Of a stretch of 64,000 bases of DNA, positions 28,539-38,338 are shown in pieces. The notes beneath the pieces are model-generated. The model searched no databases, was not told where the DNA came from, and saw nothing but the letters and a program-made list of their open reading frames with translations. Position 1 is the stretch's first letter. Every line of letters begins with the position of its first letter. The DNA lies in contig OZ250165.1 of NCBI GenBank assembly GCA_965238005.1, positions 2,208,001 through 2,272,000 on the forward strand. The letters run 5' to 3'. The stretch is from Longimicrobiales bacterium (GTDB lineage Bacteria; Gemmatimonadota; Gemmatimonadetes; Longimicrobiales; Gaopeijiaceae). The translations under genes and the position numbers were made by a program.

Positions 28539-30167
28539 ATGAACGGCACATACAGCGTTCCCCACCCAAAAAACGAGCCTGTCCGAGACTACGCGCCCGG
28601 GACATCGGAGCGCGATTCCATCAAGGCCAGATTAGCCACTATGGCTGCCGACCAGATCGAGATTCCGCTGATCATCGGGTGCCAGGAGATCCGTACCGGA
28701 CGGACTACCGACGCGGTCATGCCTCACCGGCATTCCCACGTCCTTGCCACCTGCCACCGCAGTGGGACAGACGAGATCAAACAGGCGATCCAAGCCTCCA
28801 CCGACGCCCACCGGGAGTGGTCCGCCATGCGTTGGGAGGACCGCGCTTCGATCTTCCTGACGGCGGCCGAGCTCCTGGCCACCACGTGGCGGGACACGGT
28901 GAACGCAGCCACCATGCTGGACCAGAGCAAGACCGTGCATCAGGCCGAGATCGACGCAGCTTGTGAGCTCATCGACTTCCTTCGCTTCAACGTCCACTTC
29001 GCCCAGACGATCTACGAGGGACAGGCCTTCTCTAGCGAGGGCCTGTGGAACCGCACCGAGTACCGCCCGCTCGAGGGCTTCGTGTACGCGGTCACCCCGT
29101 TCAACTTCACGGCCATAGGCGGCAACCTGTCGTCCTCCCCTGCCATCATGGGCAACACGGTTCTGTGGAAGCCCTCGAGCGCCGCGCTCCTGGGGAGCTA
29201 CTACGTCATGCGGCTCTTCGAGGCGGCGGGGCTCCCCCCGGGAGTCATCAACTTCCTGCCCGGGCCTCCGGCCGAGACCACCGAGCTCGTGTTGAGCAGT
29301 CCCGACTTTGCCGGCGTTCACTTCACCGGCTCCACGGGCGTGTTCCAGGGGCTTTGGAAGACGGCGGGCGAGCGCATCGGCAGCTACCGGTCCTACCCAC
29401 GCCTCGTCGGGGAGACCGGAGGGAAGGACTACATCGTGGCCCATCCCAGCGCCGACGTGGACGCACTGAGAACCGCCATCGTGCGAGGTTGCTTCGAGTA
29501 CCAGGGCCAGAAGTGCAGCGCAGCGTCGCGTGTCTACGTGCCGGAGAGTCTCTGGCATCAACTGAAGGATCCCCTCGTCGATGAGACCAACGCCATCACC
29601 ATGGGCGATCCCACCGACTTCCGGAACTTCATGGGGGCGGTGATCCACGCGTCGGCCTTCGAGAAGATCACCGGCTACATCGATCGCGCGGCGGCCAGCT
29701 CCGACGCCGACATCATCGCCGGTGGGGAATACGACGACTCCGAGGGCTATTTCATCCGGCCCACCATCATCCAGTCCCACAAGCCGGACTACGAGTCCAT
29801 GTGTGACGAGATCTTCGGACCGGTGGTCACGGTGTACGCGTACCCGGACGCCGGGTGGACCGAAATGCTCGCACTCGTGGAGTCCACCTCCCCCTACGCC
29901 CTCACGGGGGCGGTCTTCAGCCGGGATCGGGTCGCCCTGAGGGAGGCCCGCGAGGCCCTTCGGTTCACGGCGGGCAACTTCTACATCAACGACAAGCCTA
30001 CGGGGGCGGTGGTGGGCCAGCAGCCCTTCGGCGGAGGCCGGGCGAGCGGGACGAACGACAAGGCCGGCTCGGCGCTGAACTTGCTGCGCTGGGTCTCGGC
30101 TCAGAGCATCAAGGAGACATTCGTGCCGCCGACGGATTATCGCTATCCGTTCATGGACGCGGAGTAG
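28539..30167 (+). CDS. pruA: 1-pyrroline-5-carboxylate (glutamate semialdehyde) dehydrogenase
   Basis: EIDAACELIDF, PFNFTAIGGN, GETGGK, FEYQGQKCSA, NDKPTGAVVGQQPFGG. Confidence 0.96.
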   Translation: MNGTYSVPHPKNEPVRDYAPGTSERDSIKARLATMAADQIEIPLIIGCQEIRTGRTTDAVMPHRHSHVLATCHRSGTDEIKQAIQASTDAHREWSAMRWEDRASIFLTAAELLATTWRDTVNAATMLDQSKTVHQAEIDAACELIDFLRFNVHFAQTIYEGQAFSSEGLWNRTEYRPLEGFVYAVTPFNFTAIGGNLSSSPAIMGNTVLWKPSSAALLGSYYVMRLFEAAGLPPGVINFLPGPPAETTELVLSSPDFAGVHFTGSTGVFQGLWKTAGERIGSYRSYPRLVGETGGKDYIVAHPSADVDALRTAIVRGCFEYQGQKCSAASRVYVPESLWHQLKDPLVDETNAITMGDPTDFRNFMGAVIHASAFEKITGYIDRAAASSDADIIAGGEYDDSEGYFIRPTIIQSHKPDYESMCDEIFGPVVTVYAYPDAGWTEMLALVESTSPYALTGAVFSRDRVALREAREALRFTAGNFYINDKPTGAVVGQQPFGGGRASGTNDKAGSALNLLRWVSAQSIKETFVPPTDYRYPFMDAE

Positions 30168-30196
30168 GAACGGCGCGGACGGTCAACAGGAGGAGA

Positions 30197-30218
30197 CCCC
30201 TGGGAGAGTCCTCAGGGG
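30197..30218. terminator. Hairpin between convergent genes
   Basis: CCCCTG-GGA-gag-TCC-t-CAGGGG imperfect stem; no U tract. Confidence 0.35.
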
Positions 30219-30234
30219 GTTCGGATTCCGCGCT

Positions 30235-30825
30235 TCAGCTGCTCAGGCTGCCGAGGAGCGTGCTGAGGGCGTGATACCCTCCCCCCCCTGAAGCCTCGAA
30301 AACCACTCGCCTCAGGACCAGGTCGTCGAGGGCCTCACGGTGGTTCGCTCCGGGAAACACCTCCTCCACCTCAGCGGCTCCGATGCGGCGGCGGGTCTCC
30401 AGGACGCACCAGGCGTGGTCTTGGTCCTGGGTCGGGCTTCCGAGGAGCTCGAACTGGCCGCCACTCACCTCCGCGACGGCCAGCAGGGACTGCCGCTGGA
30501 GAACGGCTTCGATGGGCTCTCGGTGGATCTGGCTGACGCCCCTGAACACGAACAGGGCGTCCCCCGGTCTGTCCTCTTCGAGAAAGTGGAGGATGAGCTT
30601 GGCCACGACCTCGTCGGCACACGAGAAATCGATGACCGGGACCTCCGAAAGATCGATGAGGGACAGGGAGGTCCGGCTGCTCTCTGCCAGCTGAGCCTCG
30701 ATGGCCATCCGCACGGCCCGGCCGGTGGGCCTTGTGACGAGGTGCGAGTAGAGCGAGGCGATGGAGCGCTGCAGGAGCACGCCCACGTCGATGGCGATGG
30801 GATCGACCCCCAACTCATGCCTCAT
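30235..30825 (-). CDS. STAS-like (DUF4325-like) protein with putative C-terminal winged helix
   Basis: LVTRPTGRAVR...LIDLSEVPVIDFSCADEVV; overlaps stop of the upstream HATPase gene. Confidence 0.65.
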   Translation of the reverse strand: MRHELGVDPIAIDVGVLLQRSIASLYSHLVTRPTGRAVRMAIEAQLAESSRTSLSLIDLSEVPVIDFSCADEVVAKLILHFLEEDRPGDALFVFRGVSQIHREPIEAVLQRQSLLAVAEVSGGQFELLGSPTQDQDHAWCVLETRRRIGAAEVEEVFPGANHREALDDLVLRRVVFEASGGGGYHALSTLLGSLSS

Positions 30826-31708
30826 CGGCGACTCGCTCCGGGAGGATGATGTTGATCTGCGTCCCTGGGAAGTCGGGCAGCCCCTCTTCCATGGGTGGTG
30901 AGTCGAACCAATCGGGAACGTCCGCGATACGCGCGGTGCCGCTCCGGATGGAGATGAGGCCGTCCCAGCGCCGGACCTGCTTCCGGATCTGCTGAATCCC
31001 CTGTCCTCTGCCCGAGTCGGGAAAACGTGTGAGGCCATGTATGAATGCGGCTTCCAGAGCCGTGGCATCACCCCAACGGTCGGCGAAGCGAGCCGCATGC
31101 TCGTCGGCGAGAGAGCCTCGGAAGCCCCTCCCCAGATCGGATACGGAGATGATGACCACCTGGCGACCCAACCTCCTGGACCAGTTGTACGACTGGGCCG
31201 CCACCCACCCGGCAGCCTCAGCGTGCTCGATGATGTTCTGGCATATCTCGCTCAGGATCACACTGAACTGGACCACGCTCGTCGGTGGATAGCCCAGAGT
31301 CTTGGACAGGATGGCACCAGCGCGCTTTTGCACCCGATCCACCACCTCGTGGACGTCGCCGTTGGTGGTGATGGGTGTGATCTCGAGCAGAACGTCGGAC
31401 TCTCCCATCGATCCCTGGTGGGGAGTCGGGCCGGTGGCGAACACCCCCTCCGCCGCCTGGAAGAACCCCATGCGACCCATGTAGCTCTTCACGTCTCCGA
31501 CGTCGGCCAGCTCCAGGTGGGGAGTCTCTCCGCTCCGGTCGCGTGCAACGGAGCCGGCAGCCAACAGGTTCACCATCCCGTTGGGGCCGACCCACCGAAG
31601 GTGCCGTCCGTCGAAGAGGACCTTCTCGTGCCCCGCCTCACTGACTTCGGCGAGGAGGGCGTCATAGCTGTGAAAGTCGAGGGAGCCTGGGAGGTCGATG
31701 ACCTTCAT
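30815..31708 (-). CDS. STAS-like + HATPase_c (GHKL) protein, RsbW/SpoIIAB-like kinase
   Basis: N box EICQNIIEH, G1 VSDLGRG, G2 GRGQG; N-terminal VLFDGRHLRWVGPNG; no H-box. Confidence 0.8.
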   Translation of the reverse strand: MKVIDLPGSLDFHSYDALLAEVSEAGHEKVLFDGRHLRWVGPNGMVNLLAAGSVARDRSGETPHLELADVGDVKSYMGRMGFFQAAEGVFATGPTPHQGSMGESDVLLEITPITTNGDVHEVVDRVQKRAGAILSKTLGYPPTSVVQFSVILSEICQNIIEHAEAAGWVAAQSYNWSRRLGRQVVIISVSDLGRGFRGSLADEHAARFADRWGDATALEAAFIHGLTRFPDSGRGQGIQQIRKQVRRWDGLISIRSGTARIADVPDWFDSPPMEEGLPDFPGTQINIILPERVADEA

Positions 31709-32712
31709 GCGTCCCCCTGTGCGGATAGTCGGCCTCTCAGATGCCGGTGCAAGCCGCTGGCGCCTCGGTGTTCCACGTTCCTGGATGCCATGCGGTTCGC
31801 GTGGATCATGGCCGTATGACGTTCATCTCCTCCCAGCAGTCGGGCAAAGAAAGTAGCTCCCCAAACGTCTCCGCAGCCAGTGGGGTCACCTTGCAGCTCT
31901 CCTATCTGCGAGAGGGCGCGACCGCTGTGCGCGGGGCCGGGCGCGGCGACCCGATGACGCGTCTCGGGCCAGCGCGCGGGGTCACTATCGAACCCAGCTC
32001 CCGCCACGTAGCCCGCCCCTGTCGGGCCCAGTGTGACGGCGATGAGCTTGAGCTCGGGGCCGACGATCTGGGACGCCATCTCCCAGGGATCGCCCATGGC
32101 CCGTCCCAACAACTCGAACTCCTCTTCGTTCATCTGAACGGCGTCGAAACAGCGGAGCCAGGCACCCCAGGAGGGGAGCTCCTGGGGGATCCTTATCCCG
32201 CTCCGCACCACGCTCAGGAAGAGAGAGTGGAGATCGGCATAGGTTGGCCCTGGAAATGCGCTTCTCAGAGCCCGGGCCGTATCCAGCTCCATCTCGAAGC
32301 CGGAGATGAAGTTGATGTAGAGGGCGTCGCAGGTCCCCACTAGCGGACCCAGCTCGGCCCACAACCAAGGGGGCACGCCACCGGTCAACCGCTCGCTGCG
32401 GCGCTCGTTCCCGGAGTAGATCAACTCGACCCGGTTGCTGGGCTCCGGCACGATGCGGATCCCCGTCTCCACATCCATACGGGGGAGGTCGCGAAGGAAC
32501 CTCCACGCCTCTTCGGAGAGGTCGGATCCGATTTTGACGATGGGCACCAGCTCCCATTCGGGTGGAAGAGCCGCTTCCAAGGCGGATAGGGCGTAGGCTA
32601 TCCCTCCCCACTCCTCCACGGGCTCGCTCCGGCCGTCCCGATGCCGAATCGTGTCCCACACGAGGGTCCCCACCACGCCGAGGCGCTTGGGGCCCTTCTC
32701 ACACGCCTGCAT
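31705..32712 (-). CDS. PfkB/ribokinase-family carbohydrate kinase
   Basis: GVVGTLVWD, WGGIAY, QMNEEE, VTLGPTG, DPTGCGDVWGATF. Confidence 0.85.
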   Translation of the reverse strand: MQACEKGPKRLGVVGTLVWDTIRHRDGRSEPVEEWGGIAYALSALEAALPPEWELVPIVKIGSDLSEEAWRFLRDLPRMDVETGIRIVPEPSNRVELIYSGNERRSERLTGGVPPWLWAELGPLVGTCDALYINFISGFEMELDTARALRSAFPGPTYADLHSLFLSVVRSGIRIPQELPSWGAWLRCFDAVQMNEEEFELLGRAMGDPWEMASQIVGPELKLIAVTLGPTGAGYVAGAGFDSDPARWPETRHRVAAPGPAHSGRALSQIGELQGDPTGCGDVWGATFFARLLGGDERHTAMIHANRMASRNVEHRGASGLHRHLRGRLSAQGDA

Positions 32713-33586
32713 CAGCCTCTTCGAGCTCGGCAATACCGATTCGCGCTCGCACCTCACCGTTCGCTCGTATGCGATCCCGGATCGCTCGGTTGCCGGCCAC
32801 CACCTCCGGACTGCGATACGGCCTCGGATGCCACAGGTGGAGGCAGGGTGCCCGATGGCGGATCTGCCGTCCTGGGACTCCCAGGTTCATCAAGCGCTCT
32901 CCGAGGGCCCGGTCCAGACCGCCGTAGCCCATATCCATGTCGAAGCCGTTCACCGCCACGACGGCACTCTTCCAGGTGGAGGCGTTGTGTCCGTTCCAGG
33001 TGGGGCGAGTCGGCGTGACCCGGTCGAGGAGGGACCCCAGCTTCGGCGACCGTGTCAGGCGAAGGCGGCGACGCCCTCCCCGCCACCCCCTGGCCGTCAG
33101 CCACGAGCCTTTGAACACGCTCCCTGATCTCACGTCTTCGAGGGTCATGGCCTCGGAGAGCTCCCAGGGGAGCTTCACGTATCCCCCTGAGAGGAAGGTG
33201 GATGGACGTGCTTCGTGGACGTGCACCGCCACGAAGTCCTCTCTCGGGATGCCATCGCCATCGGAGAATATCAGGTAATCGCCGGTGGCAGCCATAACGG
33301 CACGGTTGAGGATCTCGGTCTTTCGGAATCCCCGATCCTCATGCCAAACGCGGCGAACCGTGAGCGCGGCTTCTTCGCGGAGGCGGTCGATGACGCGGCC
33401 CGTCTCCGGACCCGATCCGTCGTCGGCCACGATGATCTCGAAATCACTGAACGTCTGGTGGGCGTAGCCCCAGAGCACGAGCTCCAAAGCCCGGGGCTGC
33501 TCGTACGTGGTGAGTATGACCGAGGGACCTACGCCGCGCTCAGCCTGCGAGGGCCCCGGCGCGGAAGCCTCTCCGTCGGCGCTCAT
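32699..33586 (-). CDS. Glycosyltransferase family 2
   Basis: SVILTTY, VADDGS, IFSDGD, AVNGFD, HLWH. Confidence 0.92.
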   Translation of the reverse strand: MSADGEASAPGPSQAERGVGPSVILTTYEQPRALELVLWGYAHQTFSDFEIIVADDGSGPETGRVIDRLREEAALTVRRVWHEDRGFRKTEILNRAVMAATGDYLIFSDGDGIPREDFVAVHVHEARPSTFLSGGYVKLPWELSEAMTLEDVRSGSVFKGSWLTARGWRGGRRRLRLTRSPKLGSLLDRVTPTRPTWNGHNASTWKSAVVAVNGFDMDMGYGGLDRALGERLMNLGVPGRQIRHRAPCLHLWHPRPYRSPEVVAGNRAIRDRIRANGEVRARIGIAELEEADAGV

Positions 33587-35385
33587 GAATCACCGAGTCG
33601 GAGGACCGCCAGGAAGGCCTCCTGCGGAATCTCGACGGCCCCGACCTGCTTCATCCGCTTCTTTCCGGTCTTCTGCCTCTCCAGGAGCTTCCGCTTCCGC
33701 GTGATGTCACCGCCATAACACTTCGCGGTCACGTTCTTGCGAAGGGCTTTCACGTTTGTGCGCGCCACGATCTGGGACCCGATGGCAGCCTGAAGGGCCA
33801 CCTCGAACTGCTGACGTGGGATCAGCTTCTTGAGCCGTCGCACCAGATCACGGCCGTAGTCGAAAGCCTTCTCCTGATGAATGATCACAGAGAACGCGTC
33901 CACGGGGTCGCCGTTCACCATAATGTCGAGCTTGACCAGATCGTCGGCCCGGAACTCCAGGAACTCGTAGTCGAGAGCCGCATAGCCGCGAGTCCCACCC
34001 TTGAGCTTGTCGTAGAAGTCCAGAACGATCTCGGCCAGAGGCAGCTCGAAGTCCATCTCCACGCGCTGGGTGTCGAGGTATTGCATCTCCTTGGAGATCC
34101 CCCGGCGGTCGTGGCAGAGCTTCTGAACGTTGCCGATGTACTCGGCGGGGCAGACGATGCGAGCCCTCACGATGGGCTCCGAGATGCTGTCGATGCGGCC
34201 GTGCTCTGGAAGCGCCGTAGGATTCTCCAGGATCACCTCGGTGCCGTCGGAAAGGCTCACGTGGTATTCCACGTTGGGCACGGTGGTGATGAGGTCCACG
34301 CCGAACTCACGATCCAGACGCTCCTGGACGATCTCCATGTGGAGGACCCCGAGGAACCCGCAACGGTAGCCGAAGCCCAGTGCGGCAGACGTTTCGGCGA
34401 CGTAGTGCAGGCTGGCGTCGTTGAGCTGGAGGCGAGCCAAGGCGTCACGGAGGTTCTCGTAATCGTGTGCATCGGTGGGGTAGAGGCCGGCGAAGACCAT
34501 TGAGCGTACGTCCTTGTAGCCCTCAAGGAGTTCCTCGGCCGTATTGTGCGCGTCCAGGATCGTGTCTCCGACACGGGTGTGCGCTACAACCTTGACGGCC
34601 GCGATGACGTACCCCACCTCGCCCGGCGTCAGCTCGAGTTGTGGCACTCGCCCCAGGCGCATGAAGCCCACCTCCGTGACTTCATAACGCTGGTCGACGG
34701 CTCCGAAGGTGATGGACATCCCGGGCTTTACTACGCCGTCAACGATCCTCACGTTGGGGACGGCTCCCTGATACTGGTCGTACCACGAGTCGAAGATCAG
34801 AGCCCGAAGAGGCGCTTTGGCATCCCCCACGGGAGGCGGCACCTGATGGACTACCGCCTCCAGCACCGACTTGATGCCGATCCCCTCCTTGGCGCTGGCC
34901 AGGAGGATGGTCTCGGGCTCGACGCCCAGGAGGTCGGCGAGCTCCGCCTGCCGTCGCTCCGGCTCGGCCCCTGGCAGGTCGATCTTGTTGATGACCGGGA
35001 TGACCTCGAGATCGGCGTCCAGAGCCAAGAACAGGTTGGAGAGGGTCTGAGCCTGGACGCCCTGCGTGGCGTCGACCACGAGGATAGCGCCTTCGCAGGC
35101 AGCGAGGGACCGCGAGACCTCGTACGTGAAATCCACATGTCCCGGTGTGTCGATGAGGTTCAGAACGTACTCGCCACCGTCCTCCGCACCGTACACCATC
35201 CGGACCGCGTGGAGCTTTATGGTGATGCCTCGCTCCCGCTCCAGCTCGTTGGTGTCCAGGACCTGCTCCCGCATCTCGCGCTCATCGAGCGTGCGGGTCT
35301 CCTCGAGCAACCGATCGGCCAGGGTCGACTTGCCGTGATCGATGTGTGCGATGATGCAAAAGTTACGGATGTGGTTGAGGTCCAC
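33583..35385 (-). CDS. lepA: Elongation factor 4
   Basis: [42 protein letters not shown]. Confidence 0.98.
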   Translation of the reverse strand: MDLNHIRNFCIIAHIDHGKSTLADRLLEETRTLDEREMREQVLDTNELERERGITIKLHAVRMVYGAEDGGEYVLNLIDTPGHVDFTYEVSRSLAACEGAILVVDATQGVQAQTLSNLFLALDADLEVIPVINKIDLPGAEPERRQAELADLLGVEPETILLASAKEGIGIKSVLEAVVHQVPPPVGDAKAPLRALIFDSWYDQYQGAVPNVRIVDGVVKPGMSITFGAVDQRYEVTEVGFMRLGRVPQLELTPGEVGYVIAAVKVVAHTRVGDTILDAHNTAEELLEGYKDVRSMVFAGLYPTDAHDYENLRDALARLQLNDASLHYVAETSAALGFGYRCGFLGVLHMEIVQERLDREFGVDLITTVPNVEYHVSLSDGTEVILENPTALPEHGRIDSISEPIVRARIVCPAEYIGNVQKLCHDRRGISKEMQYLDTQRVEMDFELPLAEIVLDFYDKLKGGTRGYAALDYEFLEFRADDLVKLDIMVNGDPVDAFSVIIHQEKAFDYGRDLVRRLKKLIPRQQFEVALQAAIGSQIVARTNVKALRKNVTAKCYGGDITRKRKLLERQKTGKKRMKQVGAVEIPQEAFLAVLRLGDS

Positions 35386-35539
35386 TGGGGAGGCGATTCC
35401 ACCTAGAGGGTCCGACTTGGGCTGAACGCATGAAGATAATCGGGCCGAATGGACGAAAGAAGACGGGCCGACGGCCTGTGCCGCCGGCCTCGTGCCGCCC
35501 CACGATCCCTAGTGGTCCTCCTCTAGTCCACCCGGCTCC

Positions 35540-36973
35540 CTAGCCCCCCGGTCTGCGCGACCGTGGCGGCCGTCGCGAGCTACCGGATGAGGCTCCGCTC
35601 GAACGCCGGGGTGGCGGGCTCTTCAGCGCCGGCTGAGACCGGGTCGGGCTGCTGCCGGTAGTAGCCGAACCACGCGATGGGGGCGGCGGCCTCCGAACCG
35701 CGGGAGGCGACCGAGGCGCCGACCTGGAGGGTGGCCTGCGAATCGCTGGAGGCGACGACCTGCCCCGAGTCGCGGAGCCCTGAGGCCGAGGCGGGTTGGC
35801 CCGTGGGGGCGTCACCCGGCTCGAAGAGCCGGATCGGCGGGAGTCCTCCCGCGGCGCCGGAGTCACGCGCGCCCCGTTCGAGGGGCGAGAAGCGGCGGGC
35901 GGGCGCCTCTCCAGCACCGGCCGCTTCGCATCCGGAGCCGTCGCCGGTGTGGCTCGACGGGACCCAGGGCTGCCCTCCCGCCCGTCGGCCGCGCCCTGCC
36001 GGGTCGCCGGGGCCCGGACTCGAGCGTCGCGGTCACCGGACGACGGCTCCCGAGTACCGGCGGTAGTGGGACGTCGGGCGTCCGGGGCCGCCGTCACGCC
36101 GCGCGGGATCGCTCGGCCGCGCTGTCTGTCGCGGGCCGCCGAGCCGTCATCACGACCTTCGGCCGGAACGGGCCGGACAATGGGCGTTCCCGGCTCACCA
36201 CGTGCCCGCTCCTTGAACCCGAAGCGCGGCCCCCCTGGGATGCTCCTGCCCACCAACACGACCCTATCTCCCCGATAGCGCCGGGACGGGTAGAAATAGG
36301 GATCGTCGTAGACGATGACCCTGAAGTTGGTGCAGGTGTAGTGGTACGGATCCCAGAGGTTGTACGGCTTGAAGCCGTGACAGTCGTAGCACAGGAATCG
36401 GGGATACGCGTGCGCCGCGCCTACATTGTAGGAGACGAAGTCGAGGCCGTACGCAGCGTACTCCCAGTCGGAAACGAGCCGTGCGACATAGTCGTCCATG
36501 GCCACGAAGGGGTCCCGGTAGACCCGGTTCCCCACGAGTGAGCGATCCCACCCACCTTGGTAGTAGGAGTAACGGAAATCCGAAAAATCGAACGGCCTGG
36601 GAGATGTCACAATGAAGAAGTACCCTACGCCCGGGCGGTCATCCACGTGCCAGTACGGCGAGTGGGGGAAGAGCAGCCGGTAGTCTCGGCCTGCCCGGGC
36701 GTAGTGGTTCTCGCTGGCCGAGCGGGGGTAAAGCAGCTGCACGGTACCGTCCGTGTCGACCTGGAGGATGGCCACGTACGCGCTCACGCTCGACCGGTAG
36801 TAGACGCGGACCCGGTCACCCCTCTGCAGGACCGGATCGATCCCGCGGTCCAGCCAGATCCGGGCCTCGGGCGCGGGCTCCTGATGTCGGAATGCCGCGA
36901 GACGCGCCAGGTCCCACGGCTCGGGCCCGCCGGTGAGCGCCGAGAGTACGGTGACGGCTCCTGTGATCCACAT
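35540..36973 (-). CDS. DUF4384-like protein with CxxCH motif and R/P/S-rich disordered tail
   Basis: RBS AGGAGGAG before ATG 36973; GDRVRVYYRSSVSAYVAILQVDTDGTVQLLYP; FLCYDCHG. Confidence 0.75.
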   Translation of the reverse strand: MWITGAVTVLSALTGGPEPWDLARLAAFRHQEPAPEARIWLDRGIDPVLQRGDRVRVYYRSSVSAYVAILQVDTDGTVQLLYPRSASENHYARAGRDYRLLFPHSPYWHVDDRPGVGYFFIVTSPRPFDFSDFRYSYYQGGWDRSLVGNRVYRDPFVAMDDYVARLVSDWEYAAYGLDFVSYNVGAAHAYPRFLCYDCHGFKPYNLWDPYHYTCTNFRVIVYDDPYFYPSRRYRGDRVVLVGRSIPGGPRFGFKERARGEPGTPIVRPVPAEGRDDGSAARDRQRGRAIPRGVTAAPDARRPTTAGTREPSSGDRDARVRAPATRQGAADGREGSPGSRRATPATAPDAKRPVLERRPPAASRPSNGARVTPAPREDSRRSGSSSRVTPPRANPPRPQGSATRGRSSPPAIRRPPSRSAPRSPPAVRRPPPPSRGSATTGSSPTRSQPALKSPPPRRSSGASSGSSRRPPRSRRPGG

Positions 36974-37402
36974 ATGCTCCTCCTTGAGCATGCATCCTCC
37001 ACCTCCGGAGCTGGCAGGACTCGTGCCAGCGCTCGATCCGGTAACTGCGGGGAGAATCGCGCGGGTAGGGCCGCGGATCGTCCGAAAAAGTGGACGGCGA
37101 CCGGGAAAGGCCTGGACACTCTCACCTGCTTCGTTCTGGGGCTCTCGCGACTGCCGGGAACCCCATGAGCTCTCACGACAACCCATTGCCTTTCTCGGGT
37201 GACCCGCTAGTGTCGTGTTACCAAAGTGTCTCGGCCAGTCGAGGGCACGGTGCATCCGTGGGCTCGGCGTTGGGACTCCTTGCGACCACGCTTCGCGCGG
37301 TGCCCGCTTGCGCCACGCCGCGTCGTCCCGCCTTGATCCCACAACGCCCCGACCCTCTTGGTGGCTCGCGAAATTCGGAAACGGGAACGCTAGTGTGGCG
37401 CC

Positions 37403-38338
37403 ATGACTGACATCACCTCCCAGGCGTCGAGCCGGCTGCGCTCGCGACCCGACCTCATGGATCCCCAAACACTCTCACAACTGGGGGGAGTGGAGCTCAT
37501 CGCGCGTCAGGTCGTCGAGGGCTTCATCATGGGACTGCACCGCTCCCCGCACCGCGGATTCTCGGCCGAGTTCGCGGAGCTGAGGGCGTATCAGCCCGGC
37601 GACGACCTGCGCCACATCGACTGGCGGATGTTTGGGCGCTCCGATCGTTACTACGTTAAGCAGTTCGAGGAGGAGACCAACCTCCGGGCGTACATCTTGG
37701 TGGACGTAAGCACCTCAATGGGTTGGAGCTCGAACCCGGACAGCCTTCCGACCAAGCTGTGGTACGCCAAGCACCTGGCCGCCTCCCTCTCGCTCATCCT
37801 GCTTCGACAGGGAGATGCTGTGGGATTGGCCGCGTTCCACGATCAGGTCGTGGCACGCGTGGCGCCGCGGGGAGGGCAGCGCTATTGGCACGAGATCCTT
37901 CGACGGCTGGCGCCCCTCAAGGCGCAGGGGCGCACGTCGGCCCACCCGGCCCTCCGGGATATCGCCGTCCGCCTTCGGCGAGCCGGATTGGTGGTGCTCC
38001 TCTCGGATCTGCTGGTCGACCCTGAGACCACGCGCACCGCTCTGCGCTTCTTGAGGCACCAGGGACACGAGGTGCTCGTCTTCCATCTCATCGACCCCGG
38101 CGAGCGTGAGCTACCTGCAGCGGGTGACACGCGCTTCTACGATCCCGAGACCGCTGAGGAGCTGAGCGTGAACGTGGCCGACGTACGCTCGGCCTATCGG
38201 AACGCGGTACGGGACGCTCTGGCCGAGTGGGACCGGGGACTCCGGCCACACGGCATCGACTACGTGGTCGTCGGAACCGAGACACCCCTCTCCAGAGCCC
38301 TCCGCTTCTATCTGCGAAAGCGAGAGCATCTGGGCTGA
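37403..38338 (+). CDS. DUF58 (vWA-like) protein
   Basis: GLHRSPHRGFSAEFAE, YQPGDDLRHIDW, KQFEEETN, DVSTSM. Confidence 0.93.
   Translation: MTDITSQASSRLRSRPDLMDPQTLSQLGGVELIARQVVEGFIMGLHRSPHRGFSAEFAELRAYQPGDDLRHIDWRMFGRSDRYYVKQFEEETNLRAYILVDVSTSMGWSSNPDSLPTKLWYAKHLAASLSLILLRQGDAVGLAAFHDQVVARVAPRGGQRYWHEILRRLAPLKAQGRTSAHPALRDIAVRLRRAGLVVLLSDLLVDPETTRTALRFLRHQGHEVLVFHLIDPGERELPAAGDTRFYDPETAEELSVNVADVRSAYRNAVRDALAEWDRGLRPHGIDYVVVGTETPLSRALRFYLRKREHLG

Noticed and set aside
30235..31708. HATPase/STAS pair as an anti-phage defence system
   Set aside because: No nuclease, PRTase or other effector and no mobile-element context; embedded in a housekeeping operon
35540..36200. Repetitive-looking GC-rich stretch
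   Set aside because: Codes for the low-complexity protein tail; no regular repeat-spacer pattern, so not CRISPR
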